NCBI GenBank assembly: GCA_041659465.1
Contig: JBAZYD010000001.1
Span: 4,281 to 68,280 of the forward strand
DNA from: Candidatus Micrarchaeia archaeon
GTDB taxonomy: Archaea; Micrarchaeota; Micrarchaeia; Anstonellales; Anstonellaceae
Length of the DNA stretch: 64,000 nucleotides
Direction of reading: 5' to 3'
In this document: positions 28,065 to 36,881 of the stretch, in pieces
Position numbering within the stretch: the stretch's first letter is position 1
How the letters are laid out: every line of letters starts with the position of its first letter
Translations under genes and position numbers: made by a program
The notes under the pieces: model-generated
Told to the model about the DNA's origin: nothing
Seen by the model: only the letters and a program-made list of their open reading frames with translations
The model's database searches: none

Positions 28065-28267
28065 GCAAGCCCTGCGCGCATGTGCTCCGCCGCCTTGCGC
28101 CGCGCCATTATGCATCTTCCGCGCCGCAGTTTTACCTGAATGGGCGCTCGTTCCTGCGCAGCCGCCGCCCGCTGCTGCAAGCCCTGCGCGTATGTGCTCC
28201 GCCATCTTGCGCCGCGCCATTATGCATCTTCCGCGCCGCAGTTTTACCTGAATGGGCGCTCGTTCCT
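28065..28267. repeat. Tandem duplication (112-bp period, ~91-bp near-identical core) including the nurA stop region
   Basis: 28065-28155 vs 28177-28267, only a few substitutions. Confidence 0.92.
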
Positions 28268-29293
28268 TCTCAGCCGCATGAGGGACGCGCTCCTCCCAAG
28301 GCGCGAGAAAAGGCTTCCGTACGCGCGCTCGAACTCGTCGGGGGGCATTGCCGCGCGCAGGTCGGCCTCTATGAGTATGGCAGGGTAGGCGTATGCCTTG
28401 TGCTGGCAGGAAAGCGAATGCACGAACGACGCGATTTCTGAGAATGTGCGCTGCCCTGACAGGAATTCCACGCGAAGCGGCCTGTCGTCCTTCACGGGCT
28501 TGAGGTAGAAGGAGAGGATTTTTTCGCTCCACTGCCCCAAATCCTTGAGCACGGGGTGCTTGGACGACGAGGAGGAATAGGGGAATGCGCAGGTGCGCTC
28601 GCCAGATTCGAGCATGAAGTAAAGGAAATTCGTGTCTGACGTGTGCATAAAGCCCTGCTCGTTTTGCGAGTGCTTCTGCACGATGTCTATGAAGCGGCGG
28701 GAGCGGCTGTCCTTTATCACGCCCAAAAGAGTGGTGTTTGATTTCCAGGCTGATTCGTAGAGCGACTGGTAGGCTGCTAGCACTTCCTCGTACAGCGGGC
28801 GCATCTCCGAATCCTCTGACGGCTTGTCGGACAGGAGCGGCGCAATCGAGCCGTCCATCATGAGGTAGGATGGAGAGTGCTTCTGGATGAGGGAAGCTGC
28901 AAGGGAGAGCTCGCCCTTGAGGCGGAAAAGAGAGTTGTGCAGCATCACGTCGTGCGAGTCCAGCCCGCTTCTCACGTCGTACTGCATCGGGGGCGATGGG
29001 GAGGGGAAATAGGAGTAGGAGACTGTCCTTGAGGCGCGGTAGGTGAAAAGCGCGCCCACAGCGCGCATGAGGAGGAAATTGAAGCCATGCAGCTCCTCCC
29101 CCGCGATGCCGCCGTCCACAGCGGCAATGGTGCCCTCCACAGGCACAGGGGGCACCTTGTGCACAAGCTCGCGCTCCAGCGTCTCCTCGTACTCGATTTT
29201 CCCGGAATTGAAGCGCAGGCGGCGGGCAAGCTCCTCGCGCGCGCTTTCGGTGGAGGCAATCTGCGCTGCTATTTCTGACAAGCGGTCGGGCAT
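28244..29293 (-). CDS. nurA: NurA 5'-3' nuclease
   Basis: AAVDGG, MMDGSI, GVIKDSRS, PLRVE, YAYPAILIEADLRA. Confidence 0.9.
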   Translation of the reverse strand: MPDRLSEIAAQIASTESAREELARRLRFNSGKIEYEETLERELVHKVPPVPVEGTIAAVDGGIAGEELHGFNFLLMRAVGALFTYRASRTVSYSYFPSPSPPMQYDVRSGLDSHDVMLHNSLFRLKGELSLAASLIQKHSPSYLMMDGSIAPLLSDKPSEDSEMRPLYEEVLAAYQSLYESAWKSNTTLLGVIKDSRSRRFIDIVQKHSQNEQGFMHTSDTNFLYFMLESGERTCAFPYSSSSSKHPVLKDLGQWSEKILSFYLKPVKDDRPLRVEFLSGQRTFSEIASFVHSLSCQHKAYAYPAILIEADLRAAMPPDEFERAYGSLFSRLGRSASLMRLRRNERPFR

Positions 29294-29374
29294 GGCAGTA
29301 TAATGAGCGCAATCGTTTTATGCGCATGGGCTGGCAGGCATAGCAATATAATTTGTGCAACCGTTTCTATCCGC

Positions 29375-29725
29375 ATGGCACTCAAGCAGGCGATAGTCAT
29401 CAGGAACGACCTTGGCATGGGAAAGGGCAAGGCGGCAGGGCAGACGGCCCACGCCTCGGTCTCAGCCTATGCGCTTGCCAGGAGCCGCAGCCCCGAGGAT
29501 GCGCGCGAGTGGGAGGAGGAAGGGCAGAAGAAAATTGTCCTCAAGGTCGGCTCGGAAGAGGAGCTGCTTTCCCTTTACGAGCGCATGAAGCGCGAGATGC
29601 CCTGCGCGCTCATACGCGACGCGGGAAAGACGCAGCTTGAGCCTGGGACAATCACCTGCTTTGGCGCAGGCCCGGCGGAAGAGTCGCTAATCAACAAGTA
29701 CACCAAGGACCTCAAGCTTCTTTAG
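29375..29725 (+). CDS. pth2: Peptidyl-tRNA hydrolase 2
   Basis: KQAIVIRNDLGMGKGK..Q.AHA, GQKKIVLK, IRDAGKTQL.PGT.T. Confidence 0.97.
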   Translation: MALKQAIVIRNDLGMGKGKAAGQTAHASVSAYALARSRSPEDAREWEEEGQKKIVLKVGSEEELLSLYERMKREMPCALIRDAGKTQLEPGTITCFGAGPAEESLINKYTKDLKLL

Positions 29726-29868
29726 CGGCAGGCAGGGGACCTCAAGCCGCTCAGAATGCGCTAATTTTGTGAAAAGTGTCAGCGCGTGTAGATAACCTTA
29801 AAAACAGGTGCCAGCACATCCCAACTCCCTTCCCCTTAAGGGAAGCCAGCTAAGAGGTATTGTTTGTT

Positions 29869-30123
29869 ATGTCACACCCATATAACGCTTTGAGTGCAAT
29901 TGCGGAGAAGCCGCAAAAGTTCCAGCAAGGCCCCACGAAAGCCACCTATGTTGCGGACTGGCACATGAACGGCAAGGAAGTGAAGCTTGTGCCAGTGAAG
30001 CAGAATGACAAGAAAGGGCCGATGAGCCAATTCGCAAAGGAGAATGTGGTTGCAGAACCCATGCAGCCCCGCCTCCTCAATGCCAAAGAGCCAGAGCGCA
30101 CCGGCGCCGAGCACTATTTCTGA
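29869..30123 (+). CDS. Small hypothetical protein
   Basis: 84-aa ORF with GAGGT upstream; no family recognised. Confidence 0.5.
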   Translation: MSHPYNALSAIAEKPQKFQQGPTKATYVADWHMNGKEVKLVPVKQNDKKGPMSQFAKENVVAEPMQPRLLNAKEPERTGAEHYF

Positions 30124-30262
30124 AAGATGCAGCGGCGCCTTGTTCCCTTTTTCGTGTTTCCTTTTTGTTTTTTCCCCCGATACACCTGACAGAAGTGTGC
30201 AGCTTTAAAAGTCTTGCGCGGAAAATGGGGAAAACATTCGTTTTTACTATGGAGGTGAGACG

Positions 30263-31123
30263 ATGGCAGCAGAGAAAATGGAAGGCAAAGCAATTGAGAA
30301 AGGGGAATACGTCATAGGGATCGCGATAATACTTGCCGCGCTTCTTGTGTCGGGCACCGTTTTCATGGGCGTGGGCTCGATAACCGACGCCATAGGCAAG
30401 GTCAAATTGACCGTGAGCTCGGGCACGACCCCGACGCCATCGCCAACCCCGACACCCACGCCAACGCCCACCCCGACGCCGACCGTCCCGACGGTGCAGA
30501 AGCTGTCGGCCATCGACTACAGCTCGGCGCCGTTCCAGGGCAAGGCTGACGCAAGCGTGATAATGGTGGAGTACTCGGACTTCCAGTGCCCGTACTGCGA
30601 GAAGGTGCTTCCGGCAATCGCGCAGGTGAAGGCGGCATACCCGGACATGAAGTTCATCTTCAGGCAGTTCCCGCTCTCGTTCCACCCCAATGCGCAGAAG
30701 GCGGCAGAGGCCTCCCTTTGCGCGCTGCAGCAGGGCAAGTTCTGGGAGCTCCATGACAAGATGTACGCAAAGCAGGATGCAATCGCGGTGAGCGACATAA
30801 AGGGCTACGCGGCGGCAATAAGCGGCATGGACACTGCCAAGTTCAACGCATGCCTTGACGGCGGCTCGATGGCTGCAAAGGTCGCGGCTGAGGAGACCGA
30901 GGGCGCAGGCATAGGCATCCGCGGGACGCCAGGCTTCATGGTATACGCAAAGAGCGCCAAGAGCGACGCGCTTGTCGCCAAGCTCCAGTCAATCGCAGCC
31001 AACCTCCAGTCACTCGGAGTGGACGCATCGGTTGTCGAGGTCTCTGGGGCAGGCAACGGCATAGTGTTCGCAGGCGCGCTGCCATACGCGAACTTCCAGG
31101 AAGTCATGAACGCGTTCAACTAG
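30263..31123 (+). CDS. Membrane-anchored DsbA-family thiol-disulfide oxidoreductase with Pro-Thr linker
   Basis: N-terminal TM, (TP)n linker, EYSDFQCPYC, FPLSFH.NA..AAEA, GIRGTPGF. Confidence 0.93.
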   Translation: MAAEKMEGKAIEKGEYVIGIAIILAALLVSGTVFMGVGSITDAIGKVKLTVSSGTTPTPSPTPTPTPTPTPTPTVPTVQKLSAIDYSSAPFQGKADASVIMVEYSDFQCPYCEKVLPAIAQVKAAYPDMKFIFRQFPLSFHPNAQKAAEASLCALQQGKFWELHDKMYAKQDAIAVSDIKGYAAAISGMDTAKFNACLDGGSMAAKVAAEETEGAGIGIRGTPGFMVYAKSAKSDALVAKLQSIAANLQSLGVDASVVEVSGAGNGIVFAGALPYANFQEVMNAFN

Positions 31124-31262
31124 GCGCGTTCCTTCTTTTTTTCTTCTTGTTTTTTTCCTTTCCGAGCACGCTTTTTGCGCGTACCCACCTGGAGCGCAAA
31201 AAGGGTGCAGTTTCATTTTTATATTTGCCTAATGCACTATAGCACAAGACAGGTGAGATGTC

Positions 31263-31853
31263 ATGAAACAACCGGAAAAGCCAGGAGCTGACCGCATCAC
31301 GTACCTCATAGGCGTTGTGGCGATTGTGGCGCTTTTGCTGCTGGGCATATCAGCATATTTCGGCGCAGGCAAGGCAGGGGCAGGAGGCGCTGGCAATGCA
31401 GGCGGGCCCCAGGCAGGCGCGCAATTGGCAAACAAGAGCCTGCAGCCCCTGAAGAATTCCTCCTACATGCCGCCCAATGGCAGCGTTGCCACAGGCTCGG
31501 GAGGGGAGGCGCAGGTGCCGAATGCCAACGCCACCAAGGCGAAAAAGGAAGTTACGCTTGACTTTTTGTATGCGGACTGGTGCAGCCACTGCCAGGCAAT
31601 GAAGCCTGTTGTTGCCAAGCTCGAGTCCGAACTACCCAAGGACAGGTTCGTGGTGCGCTACTGGAACGAGGCGTCAAGGAGCAATGCCGATGTGGCGGCC
31701 GTGTACGCGGATTACAGCGCCAAGGGGTATTTCCAGGGCTTCCCGACATTCGTGGCAAACTGGGAGGATTACCGCGTGGGCGAGATGCCAGAGGCTGAGA
31801 TTCGGGCATGGGTGTGCTCGAAGTTTTCTGCGCCAAAGCCATCGGCATGTTGA
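31263..31853 (+). CDS. Membrane-anchored thioredoxin-fold protein
   Basis: N-terminal TM, FLYADWCSHCQAMKP, GFPTF cis-Pro loop. Confidence 0.88.
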   Translation: MKQPEKPGADRITYLIGVVAIVALLLLGISAYFGAGKAGAGGAGNAGGPQAGAQLANKSLQPLKNSSYMPPNGSVATGSGGEAQVPNANATKAKKEVTLDFLYADWCSHCQAMKPVVAKLESELPKDRFVVRYWNEASRSNADVAAVYADYSAKGYFQGFPTFVANWEDYRVGEMPEAEIRAWVCSKFSAPKPSAC

Positions 31854-32013
31854 AACTGGCAGGGGGTTTGGGCGGGCTCTCGGGATTTCCTGCCCAGAAG
31901 CCAGGCGCCTGTCAAAGGCAGCAGGGGGCCGGGCGGGCGCTTGAAGTTCTCGGCCCAAAAACCATCGGCATGCTGAAGCTCTCTTTTTATTGTTTCCCTT
32001 CGTTCACCAGTGC

Positions 32014-32811
32014 ATGTCGGAAATGGAAACGTTCATCCGCGGCTGCCTCCTTGGCGCGGCGCAGGAGATTGGGAAGGCAAGGCGCGCGGGGCTGTCTATC
32101 CGGGCAAAGGCAAGGAACGATATGGCTACATCAGCCGACCTTGCCGCGGAAAACTTCATAGTCGGCAGGATCAGGCGCGAATTCCCAGGCTCGGTCGTGC
32201 TTTCCGAGGAGTCCTACCTGAAGGCTGACCTTGAGCATGACTCGCTTTTCATCATAGACCCCATAGACGGCACGCACAATTTCATACAGGGGATACCGCT
32301 CTGGGGGATTTCGGTTGCGCATTATTCAGGCGGCAGGCCTACCGCAGGGGGCTGCCACTTTGTCCCGCAGAAGGAGATTTTCTATGCAGAGAAGGGGAAG
32401 GCTGCAACCCGCAACGGGAAAAGGGCATCGGTTTCAAAAATTGAAAAGCTCGAGGATTTTTTCCTGCTTTGCGACAGCAGGCTGCACCTTGCAAAGGAAA
32501 TGGGCTACATGGACCCTGTGCTTGCGCTTGAGAAGATGAGCCAGCACACGCGCTTTTTGGGCTCGGCGGTGTACAACGAATGCTATGTCGCGTGCGGCAT
32601 GGCGGACGCGCAGTTCGATTTCCGCCTCAAGCCCTATGACTTTGCCGCAGGCGCATTCATCGTGGAGCGCGCGGGCGGCACTGTGACTGATTTTGAGGGG
32701 AAAAGGTGGAGCCTTGCCACCGAGAAGGTCCTGTGCTCCAACGGAAGGCAGCACAGGAGGATAATCGACATGCTGCACGGGAAGGAAAACGCGCAGCCTG
32801 CCCAGGCTTAG
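32014..32811 (+). CDS. suhB: Inositol monophosphatase / FBPase family protein
   Basis: SEE, IIDPIDGTHNF, VACG, YDFAAG..IVERAGG. Confidence 0.9.
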   Translation: MSEMETFIRGCLLGAAQEIGKARRAGLSIRAKARNDMATSADLAAENFIVGRIRREFPGSVVLSEESYLKADLEHDSLFIIDPIDGTHNFIQGIPLWGISVAHYSGGRPTAGGCHFVPQKEIFYAEKGKAATRNGKRASVSKIEKLEDFFLLCDSRLHLAKEMGYMDPVLALEKMSQHTRFLGSAVYNECYVACGMADAQFDFRLKPYDFAAGAFIVERAGGTVTDFEGKRWSLATEKVLCSNGRQHRRIIDMLHGKENAQPAQA

Positions 32812-32873
32812 CCGTCTGCATTCTGAACAGGAAGGAGCGGATAGTGAGCCTGTTTCTGAGCAAGCTGCGCTGC

Positions 32874-33560
32874 TTACTTTTGCTGCTTTGCAGCCGCTGC
32901 CTTTTCCTTTTCAGCGTGCTGCAGCATATTGGGATAGTGCGAGAGCATCGCGGAAACCGACAGCAGCATCACGGAGCAGAAGAGCGCGAAGAGGCAGACG
33001 GAAAAGAGGAGCGCGAGCAGGTTGATTGCCGAGAGCGCGGACTTGAAGCTCTGCTTTGCGGCGGAAAGCGAGGACGATGCATTGTCGATGTCTGCCGACA
33101 CGGCCTGCAATGAGGAGAGGGCAGCCTGCGTTGAGGCCGCCATCTGGGACGCGGATTGCGAGGCGTTGGAGAACTGCGCGGATGCTGTGCGCATGTCGTC
33201 CGCGGCCGACTGTAGGCGGGTGTCCAGGGAGAAAAGGGGCAGCGCTGCGATGTCGGAAAGCGATAATGAAAGCTTGGCAGTGGAATCCGAGTAGGACTGA
33301 AGGCCCGACGACAGGTTGCTAATCGTGCTGTATGCCGATGAGGAGGAGCCTGACATCATGAGCACGGACGCGCCTGCATCGGAAAGCGCCACCGATGCCG
33401 AGTCGAACTGGGGCATCAGTGCGGCTTCCGCGCTTGACAGCGCAAAGTACGCCGAGGCATAAATCGACAGGGAGGCCACCATGCCTGCAAGCGAAAGGAG
33501 GAAGGCCAGAAGCGCAAGCGCCGCCGAGGTGTTCTCCAACATGCCTTCGGGTATGCGCAT
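32874..33560 (-). CDS. Two-TM membrane protein with Ser/Ala-rich extracellular coiled coil
   Basis: Hydrophobic N- and C-terminal segments around a heptad-like S/A/L region; abuts the NHL gene. Confidence 0.72.
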   Translation of the reverse strand: MRIPEGMLENTSAALALLAFLLSLAGMVASLSIYASAYFALSSAEAALMPQFDSASVALSDAGASVLMMSGSSSSAYSTISNLSSGLQSYSDSTAKLSLSLSDIAALPLFSLDTRLQSAADDMRTASAQFSNASQSASQMAASTQAALSSLQAVSADIDNASSSLSAAKQSFKSALSAINLLALLFSVCLFALFCSVMLLSVSAMLSHYPNMLQHAEKEKAAAAKQQK

Positions 33561-33561
33561 G

Positions 33562-35508
33562 CTACATCCCCTGCTTTTTCTTCCCAAGTATGTGGAAGAG
33601 GAATCCTGCAGCTATGAGCGCTATGAAGAACAGCACCACGGCAACCGAGGCCGCAGCGAGCGAGAGGGCCTGCGAGTCGCGGGATTTCGACTCTGCCGCT
33701 GCCTTTGCCTGGGATGCCATCTGCAGGGCTGAGGACGGGGAGGAATAGACTGTTTCCCTTGCCTGCGCCATGAGCGCGCGCTCCTTTGCCAGGTCGGGGG
33801 CGAACAGCATGGAGCGGCCTGCGGATGCGTTGAGCTCTATTTCCGAGATTGCTAGGGAGGCAATGGCCGCGTCGATGTCCTTAATGGATGCGCCCAGTGT
33901 GGCCTCGTATGCCGTTATCTCAAGGCCGGCAAGCCCAAGAGAGTGGTTTGCGGCCGCAAAGTCCCCGGCATCCGCGCTCTTCTGCGCAAGCGCCAGAAGG
34001 CCGTGCGAGCCCGAGAGGTTTATCCCCTGGCGGTAGGCGTCGGACTTTGCCTGGAGGGCGGCAATCCTTGAGGAAAGAGAGGTCATCTCGGATGCCAGAA
34101 GCGCCGTGGACTGGTTCTGCTTCCTCTCCTCCTCGACAGCCGCCCTTGATTCCGAGCCAGTCACGATGGAATCGGCAAGCGAGGGGAGGGAAAGCGCAAG
34201 GTCTGTCGCCGCCGCGTAGTTCTTCGAGGCAAGCGCCGAGGATGCCGCTGCAGCCTTGTTGTCGAACTGCACCACATAGGATGCGTTGGTGGCGGGCAAT
34301 GCCCTGTAGGGCGCGACCGTTGCCTGGGAGGACTGTATGAGGTACTTTACCCTAAGCTCCACGCTTTGCGTGAGCGCGGACTGGGCAGAGGTGCAGGAGG
34401 ACTTGGCGTTCTGCGCAATCGAGGATGCGGACGAGAATGCAAATGCGTCGTAGTATTGCCGCGCGGCCGAGACGAGGGTGTCGGATACCGAGTCGGGGGT
34501 GAATGAGACATTGAGCCTTGCTGCGACGGATTGCATGGTGCGGAGGCTTATGCAGGACGCGTTCGCGTCGGAAATCAGCTGGAGGATGACAGGGTCACCG
34601 CCCGTCTTGGTAATTGAGAACGCCTTGACGAGCCTGTTCTGCGTGTCCGCCACGTAAAGGGTGCCGTTGGCCGCCACCACGTCCTCAGGGTAGGACAGGT
34701 TGCCCCCTGCGGTGGACGAGTTCAGGACGTCCACCGGGTAGCCGTCAAGCGAGAACGCCACCACGCTTTTCAGGCTTGCATCGGCCACATAGAGGCGGTT
34801 GTCGGAAAAGTCCATGCCGCGCGGGGAGGCGAGGCTCACCCCTCCCTTTCCCCTGCCCATGGTGTACAGGAACGTGAAGTTGCGGTCATAGACGAAAATC
34901 AGCCCCTTGGCAGAGTCAGAGATGTACACCAGCCCGCCCTGGAAGATGATGTCCTGGGGGGAGGTGAGCTGCCCGTCAGAGCCGCCTGACTGGAGGATGG
35001 TGCTTGAGAATGCCTTGGTGGTGCGGGAGAACGCCACCAGCTGCCCGCGCGACGCGTCGGTCACGTATATCGTGCTGTTCGAGAAGGCAAGCCCTGATGC
35101 CCTCTGCACATTGGTGGCGCCGTTGTTCCACTTGTCCACCATGGAGCCCTGGCCAGTGTAGTAAAGTATGTTGCCCGAGCTGCCCCCGGCAATGTAGAGG
35201 AGGCTGCTGTAGCTGTCGAATGCCATGTGCATGGGGTTGCTAAGGTACGGCTCTGACGACGGGCTGGATGCGGTCTTTATGCGCGAGAGGCCGTCGCTCG
35301 CGTTCAGCGCATACACCAGGCTGTTGCCGCCGTCGGCCACATACAAGATGTCGCCCATGAGGTAAAGCGAGGAAGGCTGGGCGAACGCATAGTAATCGTC
35401 AGGGTCTGCGGCATTGGTGCCGTTTGTCATGTAAAGGAAATCGAACGAGGCCGACGCGAACGGGCAGAGAAGCAGAAGCGCCAGGGCAACGAATGCGAGA
35501 TACCTCAT
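33562..35508 (-). CDS. Secreted NHL-repeat beta-propeller + helical stalk + C-terminal TM
   Basis: Signal peptide MRYLAFVALALLLL; repeated P.....LYVAD motifs; Ala-rich helices; TM + KKK. Confidence 0.88.
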   Translation of the reverse strand: MRYLAFVALALLLLCPFASASFDFLYMTNGTNAADPDDYYAFAQPSSLYLMGDILYVADGGNSLVYALNASDGLSRIKTASSPSSEPYLSNPMHMAFDSYSSLLYIAGGSSGNILYYTGQGSMVDKWNNGATNVQRASGLAFSNSTIYVTDASRGQLVAFSRTTKAFSSTILQSGGSDGQLTSPQDIIFQGGLVYISDSAKGLIFVYDRNFTFLYTMGRGKGGVSLASPRGMDFSDNRLYVADASLKSVVAFSLDGYPVDVLNSSTAGGNLSYPEDVVAANGTLYVADTQNRLVKAFSITKTGGDPVILQLISDANASCISLRTMQSVAARLNVSFTPDSVSDTLVSAARQYYDAFAFSSASSIAQNAKSSCTSAQSALTQSVELRVKYLIQSSQATVAPYRALPATNASYVVQFDNKAAAASSALASKNYAAATDLALSLPSLADSIVTGSESRAAVEEERKQNQSTALLASEMTSLSSRIAALQAKSDAYRQGINLSGSHGLLALAQKSADAGDFAAANHSLGLAGLEITAYEATLGASIKDIDAAIASLAISEIELNASAGRSMLFAPDLAKERALMAQARETVYSSPSSALQMASQAKAAAESKSRDSQALSLAAASVAVVLFFIALIAAGFLFHILGKKKQGM

Positions 35509-35639
35509 AATAAACACCGTCATTGAATTGCGCGGGGGGGTTAAAAAAGATGAGTGTGCCCGCCTGAGTTCCCCTGTGGCGCTGCCTAAATGCTTGTTTT
35601 CGTCTTGTTTTTTATTTATTTTAACTAAAATAGGCATTA

Positions 35640-35695
35640 AATGTGAATTGACACATTAATTTCGTTACAAATCAGCGATTTATTTATAAATGAAT
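35640..35695 (+). promoter_or_regulatory. Inverted repeats and TATA in the AT-rich divergent intergenic region
   Basis: AATGTG-N6-CACATT (35640-35657) and the imperfect palindrome ATTTATTTATAAATGAAT (35678-35695) overlapping a TATA box upstream of ATG 35723. Confidence 0.4.
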
Positions 35696-35722
35696 GCCAT
35701 AAGAAAAGATTAGAGTGGAAAC

Positions 35723-36877
35723 ATGGTGAACGGGCATTCATTTGGAAGCAAGCTGCCTTCTTCGGAAGGGCTGCAAGGCTCAGCCTTGTCGCAGGCGATT
35801 CCCCAGCCCGGGGCTTCCAGCCAGAGGAAAGTGAGGATTGCCTACGTCACCTCGCCGCGCGAGCTTGAGGGAGAGGGAGTTGGATATGACGCGCGCATCG
35901 CCCCCACGCTTGGCTTCCTCCTGCAAAGGATTGCGCAGCGCGCGCCTGGCCTGGAAAACGCCGAGATTGCAGCCGTGATGGTGGATGATGACGGCACAGA
36001 GAGGCGCGAGCGCGTGCCTGGAAGCGGGGCGGGAACCACCCCGTCCGAGACATTCTCCTACCTTAGGCAGTCGTGCGAGCAGCACGGGATGATTTTCCAC
36101 CTCGAGCCCTCCAGAGGGTGGAGGGGCATACCGAGGAGCAGAAGTGAAGAGAAGCACAATGCCAAGATGGAGTTCGAAGGGAGGATACTGTCATTCATGA
36201 GGGAGAACGACATAGACGTCATTTTCTCGGATTCCTACGTGGTGCTGTTCAACTCTGCGATGCTTGATGAGAAGACGGGCTTCCGCGGGCTCATAATCAA
36301 CGTGCACCCTGCGCTTGCAACCGAAGTGCCTGGCGTTTTCCCGAACTTCGACGCGCTTGCAAGGGCAAGGCACTTCACGGATGACCCCGCGGAGAGGCAG
36401 GGGATAATAAGCGCAATCGAGGCAGGCGATGCCATTGTGGCAATACGCCGCGGCAAGTACGACGAAAGCATCCAGAGGATTTGCAGGAAGCAGGGAGTGG
36501 AGATAGAGCAGGATGGCGCTTACAACTATGTGCCTGTGAAGGAAAGCAACATAGGGTATGCTTTCACAGGCGCGACCGTGCACGAGGTGGACGAGCTTAT
36601 AGACCACGGGCCCACGGTAACGATGCTAAGGAGCACCCCGATAAGCGTTTCCGACAGCGTGCACGAGCTTCGCATCAGGAACTATGCCACCAAGAACGAG
36701 GCTGCCGCGCACGGGCTTGGCGCATTCATCACCAGGGAAAGCACCGCGCAGCTTATAACCGCCAACAGGATAATGAACCGCGCGTTCCAGGGGGAGCGCG
36801 CGCTTGCCGTCACGCTCCGTGCTCCAGCCGCCAGGGCGGTTGCGCAGCCGATGGGCAGGATGCGCATGCAGCAGTGA
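35723..36877 (+). CDS. 10-formyl-THF-dependent formyltransferase, PvdF-like rather than PurN-like
   Basis: IINVHP and TGATVHEVDELIDHGP catalytic motifs; IAYVTSPR, AVMVDDD, K.EFE.R and ELR..N segments recall PvdF. Confidence 0.8.
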   Translation: MVNGHSFGSKLPSSEGLQGSALSQAIPQPGASSQRKVRIAYVTSPRELEGEGVGYDARIAPTLGFLLQRIAQRAPGLENAEIAAVMVDDDGTERRERVPGSGAGTTPSETFSYLRQSCEQHGMIFHLEPSRGWRGIPRSRSEEKHNAKMEFEGRILSFMRENDIDVIFSDSYVVLFNSAMLDEKTGFRGLIINVHPALATEVPGVFPNFDALARARHFTDDPAERQGIISAIEAGDAIVAIRRGKYDESIQRICRKQGVEIEQDGAYNYVPVKESNIGYAFTGATVHEVDELIDHGPTVTMLRSTPISVSDSVHELRIRNYATKNEAAAHGLGAFITRESTAQLITANRIMNRAFQGERALAVTLRAPAARAVAQPMGRMRMQQ

Positions 36878-36881
36878 GGGG

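Noticed and set aside
28021..28277. CRISPR array
   Set aside because: Only two long copies that include coding sequence; no short repeats with unique spacers; no cas genes
30425..30495. Hexamer tandem repeat (ACNCCN)
   Set aside because: It is the coding Pro-Thr linker of DsbA with synonymous variation, not a DNA-level element
35723..36877. Siderophore (pyoverdine-like) biosynthesis cluster
   Set aside because: No ornithine N-hydroxylase, NRPS/NIS synthetase or uptake genes in the window
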